Of a stretch of 64,000 nucleotides of DNA, positions 27,044 through 39,443 are shown piece after piece (position 1 is the stretch's first letter; each line of letters opens with the position of its first letter). The notes under the pieces were generated by a model. That model ran no database searches, had not been told where the DNA came from, and saw nothing but the letters and a program-made list of their open reading frames with translations. The stretch lies in contig NC_091286.1 in assembly GCF_032444005.1 (NCBI RefSeq), positions 18,414,001-18,478,000 on the forward strand, read 5' to 3'. The stretch comes from Ranitomeya imitator. Its lineage: Eukaryota. A program made the translations under genes and the position numbers.

Positions 27044-27182
27044 ATGACCATTGAGGACCTGACTCTCGGGTACCTCGAAGGACACGCTCTATCCATTTTC
27101 CACCGCTTCCAGCCGTACTATCCTGACTCCTGCCAACCTGTCACCTTCTCCGTGGCTGCAGCTCCGATGCCGTCTGACTGTG
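27044..27182 (+). CDS. CLIP4: CLIP4 first coding exon (exon 2)
   Basis: MTIEDL...VTFSVAAAPMPSDC matches the CLIP4 N-terminus; acceptors at 27028 and 27040; donor G|GTGAGT at 27183. Confidence 0.93.
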
Positions 27183-27777
27183 GTGAGTACGAGACATGTG
27201 AGAATGACCCAAGCATTATATATAGGAATCACTACCCAGGTGAGTGTCACTCAGGAGCCCCCCCAAAATCCATCAGGATGCAGGCAGTGCCCCCGAGTTC
27301 TGGTGTGGAGACACTGATGGCAATTTTTTCCTCTGCTCTGGACCCTGATTGTTCATTTCAATAGGGATGAGAAGATCGATGTCCTGATTATATTACTGTG
27401 TGGCTGTCCGTGCTGGGCATGTTACAGATTGTGTGCAGATCTATGTCGGCCTCTGTATGAGACCCATATAGTGATGTTTGTGCAGGGATCTTCCGGCACA
27501 CAGATTCTGAGGTTTCCATTATGCATGACGCCCTGCAGAGTGGGCAAATAAACTGCTTCTCCTTATAAAGGGGTTGTGCAGCAGCTGTCATATTCACATT
27601 TAGAGGCACAAACCATTAGATTCCCGGCAGGCATCGCAAATATGACAAAAGGAAATGAGCTGTGCCATACAACCCCTATAACTAACATGTTTGAGCTCAG
27701 TCTAACGGGTCTAGGGCCGCAGGACCCCTCAGATATAGGCTGCTCCCTGTGTAATTACTATTTACTTTTTTTTGCAG

Positions 27778-27917
27778 AATTCTCCTTTTTTGACCCTAAT
27801 GATGCTTCCTGCCAGGATATTCTGTTTGATCCAGACACCTCGGTTTCTGAGCTGTTTGCTATCCTAAGACAATGGGTCCCCCAAGTCCAGCAGAACATGG
27901 ACGTCATCGGGAATGAG
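27778..27917 (+). CDS. CLIP4: CLIP4 exon 3
   Basis: EFSFFDPNDASCQDILFDPDTSVSELFAILRQWVPQVQQNMDVIGNE; TGCAG acceptor, GTGGGT donor. Confidence 0.95.
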
Positions 27918-28496
27918 GTGGGTCCACGACACGAGTGGACTAAACGAGGTGGAGGACAGTCGATCACTAGTTTTGGTTAATACAAATGACCGGGCTTGGC
28001 CACATTTATTATGTCTTTTACGTAAGGCCCGTATTCAACATCTGAGTGCTACATATGTGGATGTCTCCGACCCACAACTGGATGTCTTTAACCGCTTCCG
28101 TAGATGGGTGCCTGCTGTGTTATACAGTCAGCACCTGCCTATAACATCAGCCACTAATGCAAACTCCGATCGCTGCTGTTTAGGTATTTTAGATGTCGCT
28201 ATCAATCGCAATTTGCGCTATTTAAAACTATTGAAATGCTACAATTGTGGGTTGGTAATGAGTTACTCTGGCAGTCAGGGGCTGCTGAAGGCTGATGCCG
28301 CAGCCATCTTTGTGCTCCTATGAAGCGCAGCCCTGGCTGAGTGCGGTAATAAAAGAAACTGTGCCGGAAGTGACTGCAGCGATGACCCGTGATGGAGTCT
28401 TGTTCCTGACGGGAAGTGACTGCAGGGCCACGGTTTATTTATCTTTTTGATTAATTGTTTGTATATTTTGATAAATCAGACTTCCACGAATGTGGC

Positions 28497-28540
<44 letters not shown>

Positions 28541-29015
28541 GTGGGTTTTTTTCTTTACTTTTAAAATAGGAAAAAAGATTTAATAAAAAAACAAACAAAA
28601 AACAAACATTTTTATATATACAATATTGCAGTTTATATATAAAAAAGTATTATGTCTGTCAGACTGGGCTAAATGGGAGGACCAAGATGGCAGCTACGGG
28701 GGCTTTTGGTAGACTTATCCACACGCTAAAAAAACTGAAACTATGCGGAGGCGATGGAAGGTTATAATGGGAACATCAGGATGTGCAAAGAAGTTAAATG
28801 TTGGTTGTCTGGAATGTCCCCAGATGGGGACATGAGACCCCTGTGAGCAGCCCCTTTGACTTCCACTGATCAAATCTTTATGGCAGATCCTATGTGTTGG
28901 ATCCTGTGTGGATGAATAAATCACCTGCCTCAGATATTCCAGAGAATGTATGATTTTATCCCAAGGTCATTTTTTATGTAACTAACATTTTTTTAATTAT
29001 TTTTTTTGTGTGCAG

Positions 29016-29109
29016 ATTTTGAAGCGAGGATGTAATGTCAACGACCGGGATGGGCTGACGGATATGACACTGCTGCATTACACTTGTAAATCTGGAGCGC
29101 AGGGCATCG
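29016..29109 (+). CDS. CLIP4: CLIP4 exon 4 (ankyrin repeat)
   Basis: ILKRGCNVNDRDGLTDMTLLHYTCKSGAQGI; canonical AG/GT, phase 0 to 1. Confidence 0.95.
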
Positions 29110-29855
29110 GTGAGAGCTGTGCAAAAGTGGACTTCTGCTACATGCAAGGCCCCAGATGGCTACAAAAATACTATTTGGTCTTAAATGGGGCTGCCTGACT
29201 CCTCTCCCTTCCATATCGGAGGTGAGCGATGCCAATGATGTTAGGACCCCACGTACCTGTCCAGATGCTGATGTGGCCTATTCAGTAGAGCTGGACACCC
29301 GCCAATTGTGAGGGTCGTAACGTCATCCGCACTCGCCTCCAATGCAGCAGTCAGCGGCACATGACAGTATCTCCACATTTTTATATACTGCCTTCGACTT
29401 GTTAAAGGGTTTTCTCTGGTGCCGCTCATTTCTGCATGGGTAGGTAATCTGCTTTGATGACATTGCTTCGACTGGTGCCTGCGCGGATGTGGCCGGAGCC
29501 AGCAGGTTCCTTGCACAAGGTCTATTCTATTAAATGGGACACGCGTTGTATAACGCCACTCAACCTTCAAATGTGGAGGATTCTGATAATATTTTTTTTT
29601 TTTCATACACCTTTAAAACTTTTTGCAGTTGATCAGTTTCCATGTATGATTGTATTGAGAAATAAAGTGTCCCACTCTGTGTTGTGTGCACAGCCCTCTC
29701 TTTATCTTCCCTCTATTCTGTCAGTCGAAGTGCAAAAAAAAATAATTTTGAAAGCAAAACAATGAAGGGCAATGAGAGATCTGACATTGAGAGCTTTGTC
29801 TTCGTCACCTCCAGCAATGGTTACTTCTTAAAGGTACGTGCGATTTATCTCACAG

Positions 29856-30017
29856 GAGACGCAGAGACCGCTGCAAAATTCGCCTCGTACCTTATTGACG
29901 TGGGGGCAGACGTGAGCTTACGGAGCCGCTGGACTAATATGAACGCTCTACATTACGCCGCCTATTTCGATGTTCCTGAGTTGATTCATCTTATCCTGAA
30001 GGCTTCAAAGCCGAGAG
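29856..30017 (+). CDS. CLIP4: CLIP4 exon 5 (ankyrin repeat)
   Basis: GDAETAAKFASYLIDVGADVSLRSRWTNMNALHYAAYFDVPELIHLILKASKPR; AG/GT, phase 1 to 1. Confidence 0.95.
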
Positions 30018-30372
30018 GTAGGAAGTTTGGCAAATACCGGGGTCCAAGTCCGAAAAGAGCCCTGAAATCCATGGACCAGTGGGAATGCTGCAGGGACATG
30101 GCCACCATCATCAGCTTACACTGTCTGTACCCCACCTCACCTTCAGATTTAGTACCGCCACAGGTGGTTTATTTTCGGCGTTGGCCTCGGCATGACGGCT
30201 TTTCATGGAGGACAGCTCCATGTGGACGGCCGCTGTGGAGCATTTCTGCCTCCCTCTGTGATTTATTACATGAATCTAATGTTGTGTTTTTTTTTCCTGT
30301 CTGCAGAGATAAGTGACATTTCCTCCAGTCGTGTGTCTCTGCCGCCCGCTGTAACCGTTTTATTTCTTTCAG

Positions 30373-30491
30373 ATGTCGATGCCACCTGTAGTGACTTTGA
30401 TTTCGGCACGGCGCTGCACATCGCCGCTTCAAACCTGTGCTTGGGAGCCGTGAAAGCCCTGCTGGAATACAGAGCCAATCCTGCCTTCCGG
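30373..30491 (+). CDS. CLIP4: CLIP4 exon 6 (ankyrin repeat)
   Basis: DVDATCSDFDFGTALHIAASNLCLGAVKALLEYRANPAFR; donor GTAAGA. Confidence 0.95.
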
Positions 30492-32140
30492 GTAAGAGGA
30501 GGAGAGCGTGGGCCAGCACAAGCCCCTCCGCTCCAATACATATTAGTGCATCATTATACAGTCTATGCTCTGCAGTGCACAATAAAGGTTCCTTTAATCC
30601 GATACTATACTGAAACCGAGCTAATGCCTTAGAACAACAGATAGGAGACCGGTGGGGTCCAGCATCAGCGCAACTCTCATGCCCTGGGAATATCCCCAGT
30701 CACTGCAGGGTTAATTCTAGTTATTCTGTCCTATTGTGCAGTCATCAGATCTTCTCATGTGTGGGATGGAAATGCTCTGCACAGGAAATGACACTTTATT
30801 TCTGTGCCTATGACTTCTAACACTTGTCACTATTGTGTTTGTTCTTTTTTTTTTTTTTTTTTTTCTTTTAATTTGTAAGATTATTTTATCTAATTTAAAA
30901 TATATAACACCAACCCCTCCATTTTGGTGTACAAAAGCATGAAAAAACCTCTATGAATGGGGTCGTCCCACCAATAATTATCAGAATTATTGAATAGATA
31001 ATAAAACAGGAATAATAATTGCCATTCACTTAAAAGTTGACATACATTAGTATAGCGCCACCTGGTGTTGAGAGTATAGCAATGTGCACATCCTTCTAAT
31101 GAGCCGAGTGCCTGCGGAGCACATGCTCAGTCACATCCTCCTAATGAGCCGAATGCCTGTGGTCACACTCAGTTCTGTCCTCCTAATGATCCAAATGCCG
31201 ATTGTTGCTCATGCTAAGTCACATCCTCCTAATGAGGCGATTGTCGGAACATTCTGTTTTAGGAGTCCAGAGTCAGTACCAAGTGATAGGGTCTGATTGC
31301 GGGTGGTCCAAGCCAGTAATATAGCTAGGCCATGTGAGTGCAGAAAGGCACAATTAGTATACAGGCATTGGATTAATTAGTGCATACCTGATAGAGACAC
31401 CACAGAGCAAACAGCACAACAGCATGTGTGTCCACCCCGACGCGCGTTTTGGACCTGCCTGACTGATACAAGGTGACAGACCCTCAGCTGTATGAAAGTA
31501 GATCTGCGCCAGCATGGGGTCTCAGACTCTGAATACGAGTAATAAACGCAAGCTTATCCGTAGGATAAGAAGTCAGTATCAGATCGGTGGGAGTCAAAAG
31601 CTGTTGTGCAGCTGATCGGGGGGGGGGGGGGGTGTCACACAGATCTGTTATTGAATCCTCCATCCCAAGGATACATCTTCAATATATTCTGATTGAACAA
31701 CCCCTTTAAGTCGGGACAAATTTTTGGCCCCTGAATTTTTAATATTTTATTCGGACAGCAAGCAGGGACATTACAAATGATATTATCTTACAAGTCAAAG
31801 TATATAACAAGGTCTCAAAACTTTTTTTTTTTTTTATGTGGTGATCAAAGTTTATTGACATTGATAAAGCCGTTTAAAGAGAATCTGTCAGATTTCAGTG
31901 AGATACTTTATCAGATGCAGCACTGTCTTGTATTCATGAGCTGCTTGGCTCCACCCTGCTGCCACTGATTGACAGCTTTCCCTTTATTCCTGTGCACGGG
32001 AAGGAATCAATCAGCCGGCGTGGGCGGGTTTGCTCACCGCTCATGAATACTGAGGACACTGTGCATTGAGAAGACTCCTTCCTCCTGGAGCATGTTTTAT
32101 CCAGGACTTCCCAGTCACTCAGCTCTTTGTTTCTCTACAG

Positions 32141-32377
32141 GACGACCAAGGCCGTGTCCCAGCGGATGTGGTTCCTGACCCCGTGGACATGCCACTGGAG
32201 ATGGCGGACGCAGCTGCCGTAGCAAAAGAGATCAAACAGATCCTGCTGGATGCCATGCCCTTGCTGTGTGATCTCTCAGAAATCTCCCTCCCCAAATATG
32301 ACAACCTGCCGGGAAACACGTCGCTCCAGTCGTCCGGTCTGAAGCTGGGAGACCGGGTGCTGATAGCCGGGCAGAAG
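32141..32377 (+). CDS. CLIP4: CLIP4 exon 7
   Basis: DDQGRVPADVVPDPVDMPLEMADAAAVAKEIKQILLDA...LKLGDRVLIAGQK; 237 nt, phase 0 to 0. Confidence 0.95.
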
Positions 32378-32831
32378 GTAACTACCTCCCTGTGTGATTG
32401 ATGGCCACGGATGCCAGCACGTACAGTCACACAGCTGTCAGCCCCTGATCCGAAACATTAACCTCTTCATGGCCAGGATATTAAACATATTCCAGCTTCA
32501 ACCCAGATAGTTAGAAAAGCATTGTAGAATGAAAAATGCAACTTTCTAATAGAGATCGTTTCAGTTCCTTATCCTTTTTTTTAAAGGGGTTTTACACTTT
32601 TTAAGAAAAGTGGACCCCAAATGTTTGACTGCAGCCAATTACTGCCCTCCACATTGATCGGCTGCAGCTGTGAAGTGATGTTACAGCTGCAACCAAAACA
32701 CTGAGAGCAGAGCAGCAGCAGGGAGTCCGGGAGGGTGAGTACCTGCTGTTTTTATGTATATAAAAGTGTGCTAAGATCTCTGCTTGCCGACAGTGAATGA
32801 GAAGATTGTTGTTTATCCTGTGCAGACCTAA

Positions 32832-33228
32832 GACTGAAAATGTATCCGGGGTAGGCTGAAAATGTATCCGGGGTAGGCTGAAAATGTATCCGGGGTAGGC
32901 TGAAAATGTATCCGGGGTAGGCTGAAAATGTATCCGGGGTAGGCTGAAAATGTATCCGGGGTAGGCTGAAAATGTATCCGGGGTAGGCTGAAAATGTATC
33001 CGGGGTAGGCTGAAAATGTATCCGGGGTAGGCTGAAAATGTATCCGGGGTAGGCTGAAAATGTATCCGGGGTAGGCTGAAAATGTATCCGGGGTAGGCTG
33101 AAAATGTATCCGGGGTAGGCTGAAAATGTATCCGGGGTAGGCTGAAAATGTATCCGGGGTAGGCTGAAAATGTATCCGGGGTAGGCTGAAAATGTATCCG
33201 GGATAGGCTGAAAATGTATCCGGGATAG
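32832..33228. repeat. 22-bp minisatellite (~18 near-perfect copies)
   Basis: Unit GGCTGAAAATGTATCCGGGGTA. Confidence 0.97.
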
Positions 33229-33414
33229 ACAGAGTATTGTCTACACAGGATACAATTGTCTCAAACCCTCAGCTGTGTGATGCTCGACTCAGCCGAGCGT
33301 TCATATGTTTACATTTGGGAAAGAGAAGAGAAAAATGTCGCCACTGTCTTAAAACAAAACCTCAGGCATTGAAATTCTAGATGCATCATTTGGGGGGGGA
33401 TACCCTCCAGCCAT

Positions 33415-33640
33415 GCCTGCCCGCTGTCCGTGGTGTCTGCTGGCTGTCCGTGGTGACCGCCCGCTGTCCGTGGTGACCGCCTGCTGTCTGTGGTATCTGA
33501 TGGCTGTCTGTGGCGCCCACCGGCTGTCTGTGATGACTGCCTGCTGTCTGGGGTGACCGCCTGCTGTCCATGGTATCTGATGGCTGCCAGTGGTGCCGCC
33601 GGCTGTCAGTGGTGACCAGTAGACTGTTTGTGTCCGCTGA
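33415..33640. repeat. Degenerate ~21-bp tandem repeat
   Basis: GCTGTC(C/T)GTGGTGACCGCC-like units. Confidence 0.75.
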
Positions 33641-33769
33641 GTGAGACGTCCCATCAGTGTCGGACTGGAGCACCTTGGGCCCACCAGAGAAAATCATTCT
33701 TAGGGCCCACTATGTAGCTACATAGAAATAAATACAAGACCACCAATTGTGCTGTAAAATGCGCTAATA

Positions 33770-34227
33770 TCAGTGCCTACCTGATCTATCACGGTAAATG
33801 GCATCATGCTCTCTCCCGCACCTGAAATCCGCTGCCTCGGGGTAACTCTCGACTCTGCCCTGTCCTTCAAACTTCACGTCCAAACTCTTGCCACCTCCTG
33901 TCACCTCCAACTCAAAAATATTGCCAGAATCTGTCCCTTCCTCAGCCCACAATCTACCAAAACTCTTGTGCATGCTCTCATCATCTCCCGCCTCGATTAC
34001 TGCAACACCCTCCTCTGTGGCCTCCCCGTTAACTCTCTTGCACCGCTCCAGTCTGTCCTCAACTCTGCTGCCCGGCTAATCCACCTCTCTCATCCCCTGC
34101 TTCTCCCCTCTGCAAATTCCTCCACTGGCTCCCAATTCCCCAACGAATCCAGTTCAAACTACTAACACTGAACTACAAAGCCATCCACAACCTGTCCCCT
34201 CCCTATATCTCTGACCTAATCTCCCAC
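33770..34227 (+). mobile_element. L2-clade LINE RT C-terminal fragment
   Basis: CLGVTLDSALSF...LVHALIISRLDYCNTLLCGLP in ORF 33806..34165; interrupted by the DIRS left ITR. Confidence 0.85.
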
Positions 34228-36144
34228 TTTCCAGGACGTCCCGCTGACAGCACCCTGGAGGATGTCCTCCTCCTCCTTGAAGGGACTGGAAACAACACAC
34301 GAGAGATTAAAAGGTCCCACTCCGCCCCCTTTCCTTAATGTTTTTCCTGTCCCTGCTTGGAGGGACACACGAGAGCGCAGCGAGCAGCTTACCTGAGGGC
34401 TCAGGGGGATTGTGCGGCTGGTCCAATACCCTTCCCTCTGCCAAGTGGCCTTTTGGCCGAAACTTCCCGGTGGGGAGTCCCTCTGCTCCAGAGACCAGTG
34501 AGCTGACAGGCTCCTGGGTAAGAGCCGCTCCTCCCGGTGGGAGGCTCTCGGCTCAGGCGCCATGTCCGGAGAGAAGAGGCGCCCGGAATCTTGCGTTCCC
34601 TGCAGAGACGCGGAGGGGCCGGCGGAAGCAGTAAAGCGTCACTTCCGGTGACGTCAGCACCTACATCCGGTCGCCGTCTTCATATGATAACGCGGAAGTA
34701 TCTGCAGCGCTACTGTCGGTATCGTGAGCGATCGATCCGGCGCAGATTCCCCATGGTAGAGAGCACTCTGAGGGTGAGCGTCGCTGACATCAGACTTGCA
34801 GACAACGCAGCACAGTCCGCCCTGCAGGGTCCGGATGCCTGAAACAAAAGAAGATATGGAGAACAGGAGTGAGGACACAGGGGTAAGTGCACATAGCGCA
34901 GATGCACCGGGACACGCACTTAGACACTCAGCATAGCCCTGACTATCCCTATTCTTGTGTCGTCTAGGATAAGGATATCTCACAGGCACCCTCTCGAACA
35001 GCTAAAAAGCCAGGCAAGGCCTCGGCAAAGTCTAACCGTTGCTCCATATGCCATGTAAAACTGCCAGATGCCTACAAAAAAAGCCCTCTGCAGCTCCTGC
35101 ATTTCCAAGGTCGTACAAGAGGAACAACCATCCCTCCTGTCTGAAATGAGGAGCTTAATCAACGAGGAAGTGCAAGCTTCCTTAGCATCTATATCACAGC
35201 AGCGCCCTTCCAGTCCAGGCCTGAGACGTAAAAGACCTAGATGGGACCCGGAGCAGAGAGATCTGGATCTATCTTCAGAGGAGGAGAGTCAGATTTTAAG
35301 GACTCTGACCAAGAGGAAGGTGAACTTTCATTAGAGGATCAGGATCAGAGCAGAAAGTATCTTTTTCCGCTGGAGGATACGGAAGACCTGGTACCGGCAG
35401 TATGCAGATGATGGAGGTTCCGCGTCCACAGTCCAGGCAGGATTTAATGTTCGGAGGTCTTACATCTCAGAGGCAGACAGTCATTATAGTGTTCCCTGTA
35501 AGCGAACATATCCGTCTCATGATATTACAAGAATGGAAGGAGGCAGAGCGGAGATTAGTGATGTCTCGGGAGTTTAAAGGCCGTCTACTATTCGACCCAG
35601 ACGATATCAAGACATGGGATGAAATCCCTATGGTTGATGTATCTGTAGCTAAGGTTACAAAAAAGACATCCATTCCTTTCGAGGACTCAAGTCTAAGAGA
35701 TGCTATGGACCAGAAGGAGGATATTCTCCTGCGCCGAGCTTGGGAAGCATCAGCAGCCCTGATACGGACTAATATAGCGGCCACTTTGGTGGCCAGATCC
35801 ATGTTCCTGTGGATGGTGCAGTTAGAAGAACATTTAGTGAATAAGGCCCCGTGGGCTGAAATAATTTCTTCTCTTCCTATTATAAAATCTGCCACCGCCT
35901 TCCTGGCTGATACTTCGGCTGCATCTGTGCGATTTGCTGCCAGGAACAGCTCTTTGTCTAATGCAACTCGTAGAGCTATTTGGCTTAAATCCTGGTAGGG
36001 GGATAATGCCTCCAAAAATAAATTGTGCGCCATACCCTTCTCAGGGTCCAGGGTATTTGGCCAGGCTTTAGATGACCTCCTACAGTTTGCGTCTGATAGT
36101 AAGAAAGGGTTTCCTGAGGAGAAACCGAAATTTTTTTCTGCCTT

Positions 36145-36814
36145 TGAAGCGATGGCCGGGGGACCACCACGGTGCAGGAAGACTACTGTACACAAGATGA
36201 GGTGCAAGCAACAAAGGGTAGATTTATTGGAAGGCAAGGAATGAAGGGAATGAGGAAGATGCAAGCAGGGGTATACAATGGCAAAAGACAATTTACAAGA
36301 GCAATAAACTTTCTTTTCCGTAAAATAGCACGGTGCTCCAGCTACTGTATAACAGACTGAAGCCTACACTAGGCCCTAACAGGTGCATCAAACAGGACCA
36401 GACTCACGGTAATGTTGGAGAATCAGGTCCAGTCCCAGGGGGGCCCCCAGCAGTCTAATATGGTGGTGTGCACGGCTTTCTGTCGGCTCTGTGAAACGTG
36501 GTCTTCTCCTTGCTTCTGGATCCTAGGGATGCTCCTTGAAACTGTAAATCCCTTTCTCTGTATCTTCGTGGCTCTCTTGCAGCTATATCAGGACACACTT
36601 TTTCTCTTTCAGCTATCAGCACAAGAAGTCCTCTCTGCAGCACCCTCAGCTCACACACGCTGCTCCAGCTCCACACCTGCACTCTGCAGAGTAGTTCATT
36701 ACAACCATTATTGCAGGGGAGAAGCAGAACATTCCATCACGCCAGACAAGGGGGTGTAGCCTCTTAAAGTGACAGCGTGTTCCTTACTGTCCATAACAGC
36801 ACCACCCTCTTACA
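36145..36814. mobile_element. Probable solo LTR inserted in DIRS ORF1
   Basis: TG...CA ends (TGAAG / CTTACA), CCTT/CTTT flanks; interrupts the DIRS reading frame. Confidence 0.55.
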
Positions 36815-37433
36815 CTTTTTCGGAGGAGGCCGCCGCCTCGCAAACAACCTGCTTATAGAGAACAATGGAAATCCAATAGATACCTATAGGAGTTCCTATA
36901 CTCAGAGCAGAAGGGGGAAAAATTTCCTTTTTGGATCTAGCTCCAGATCTAGAAGGCAATGACGCCATAGGTATAGGGGGCAGACTCAGTTGTTTTGTAA
37001 ACAACTGGAGATATATCACCGAAAACGAATGTCTTAAATATAATATCAGAAGGCTGCAAAATAGAACTTGTCTTTCCCCCGCCTCAAAGATATATCTCAC
37101 CTACCATCGTTACGGCCGACTCCTCAATGTTGGCGGACCTTCAGGAGCTAGTCTGCTCCAAAGTTATAGTATGGGTTCCCTCATCAGAAAGAGGCAGAGG
37201 TCACTACTCATCCCTATTTTCAATCCCAAAACTGTCAGGGGAATCGCGCACAATCCTAAATCTAAAACCGTTAAATTTTTGGGTCAAATACAAGAGGTTT
37301 AGGATGGAATCCATAAGATCAACCATCCACCTCATAAACAAAAACTCAGTAATGTGCACTCTCGACCTGAAGAGTGCTTACTATCAGGTTCCGATCCATC
37401 CAACTTCTCAGGAACTTCTGAGATTCTCTGTAA

Positions 37434-37630
37434 GGCTGGGATCACACATGCGAGAAACACGTCCGTGTCTCGCATGTGAAATCCAAGCTCTGGCGCCGGC
37501 ACTGTGGAGTGGAACGTGCGGCCGCATAGCAACACATGGAGCCGCACGCTCTGCTGTGGAGTGCCGGCGCCAGAGCTTGGATTATCACATGCGAGACACG
37601 GACGTGTTTCTCGCATGTGTGATCCCGGCA
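37434..37630. mobile_element. 197-bp palindromic Harbinger-type MITE inside the DIRS RT
   Basis: About 70-bp inverted arms starting GGCTGGGATCACACATGCGAGAAACACG; TAA TSD at 37431-37433 and 37631-37633. Confidence 0.9.
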
Positions 37631-38308
37631 TAAGCCTACCAGACCGCACCTGCCACCTCCAATTTCATTACAATAATTCCTTATTTGGACAATTTTCTTC
37701 TGGTGGCCCGATCTGCAGACACTTTAATCCTACACAGAGATCGAACCATTACGGTGATGGAACACCTTGGCTGCGTGGTCAACCGGAAGAAGTCACACCT
37801 GAAGCCCGAGTTTCGAAAAGTATTCCTGGAAGTACTTCTGGACTCGCCTTGCAAACAATCTTTTCTACCAAGAGAAAAGCAGGAATCAGTAAGGAAGATG
37901 GTTACAGAGTTTCTGAAGCATCGGGTTACCATAAGATCAGCCATGAAAATTCTAGGAATAATGACAGCATGTATCACCTGTGTCAGGTGGGCCCAAGCCC
38001 TCTCAAGACCATTACAGAGACAAGTACTCTCAGTATGGGATCGTCAGCGGATGTCTTTAGACAGATCAATGCGACGTTAAACAGGAGTGAGATGATCGTT
38101 ACTATGGTGGACCCAATTCAGCAACCTAAGAACAGGTGTCTTGTGGATTCCGTCCCCTTGTGTGGTAATCACCACAGACGCCAGCCAGTAGGGATGGGGA
38201 GCGCATATAGAGGGAAACTTCTTTCAGGGCAGGTGGCCCGAAGACATCAGCTACAAGTCATCAAACTTCAGGGAACTTTATGCAGTCTGGGAAACCTTAA
38301 GGGGAAGT

Positions 38309-39443
38309 TGGATCGCCCCCAGACGCAGGGCCGCGGGGAACTCTGTACCGGTCCTCTCTGTCTCGGTGCTGGGGTTGTCACGGTGGCTGGACCCGGTCCG
38401 TGACCCTGCTAAGGGGCGTCCAATAAAAGGGGTGATGAAAGTTTGTCAAGGGTTCGTGACGCCACCTGTGGTGTTCGGTCAGGGTGACCGACGCTGCTTA
38501 GGGGTCCGCTGGGGTGATGGAATGGCAGCTAGATGGTATACCTTCCCACAGGTGAAGTATATCCCCAGGGCTTCCCAGTAGTGTAGGTGGCGATGATGTG
38601 AGGCGCAGTTAATAACAAGGACGCAGGGTTGCAGTCTCTTTACCTTTTTACTGAAGACTTCGGGATCCGCAATCCAGAGCACTGTTAACAGGGCTGTCTG
38701 AGACCGGCACATCCAGAGTTCCCTTTGCAGGTGGAGATCAGTGCCTACCAACTAGCACCTGTGTGTTGTAGTGCTACCCTGCTGAGCATTCAGGATAGTC
38801 CTCACAACTTTCGTATCTGTTCTTTCTCTTTCTCTCCGTCCCCCAAGTTTATCTGGCTAGGATGCACCCGTTTGACGGTAAGGCTCGGAGCTATTCTGGG
38901 ACCCTAAAGACGCCCCTCTCCACGTTTGCCCCCTATGTCTGCTTAGGTGATGTAAGGTAGACAGCCAACCTATAATCAACTGTCCTGCCGCTGTTTGAAG
39001 TAATGCTTGAAGTCTGTTACTTCCTCGGCGTTCCGGCTACGCGCCTCAGTAGGATGTTGCCGTTCTCGGGACACGACTCCTACTGGTTATCTCCTTGTGC
39101 TGCGATTTCGTTTCTCACTTCTCCACAATATCCTTCACTTCGTGTCCTTCCTTAGGATGCCGCCGCAAGGTAGTGCAGGCGCGGCTCCGTAACGATCTGT
39201 CATTTCTGCTAGGTACCTGCCAGGAACCCACCCCTGACAGGACCTCCCTGGAGCTCTCCCAGGCTGCGTTCTCTCTAACTTCCTATCCCGGCCTTTTGCT
39301 CCCCCTGGTGGCCGGAGTGTGAAGTGTAGTGTGTGACTGTGATACCTGGTCAGGTGAACTACTTTAGTGCAATCAGACATAACATCACTCCCCTTAGTGG
39401 CAGAGCGACATTACTGCAACGACCAGGACTCTGGGGCGCTGCA
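38309..39443. mobile_element. Probable solo LTR inserted in the DIRS RNase H region
   Basis: Ends TGGATCGCCCC / GGGGCGCTGCA (inverted, TG..CA), AAGT/AAAT flanks; the RNase H motifs on each side rejoin when it is removed. Confidence 0.7.

Noticed and set aside
25650-33228. Regular 39-bp and 22-bp repeats as CRISPR-like arrays
   Set aside because: Head-to-tail units with no unique spacers, no cas genes, and a eukaryotic intron context.
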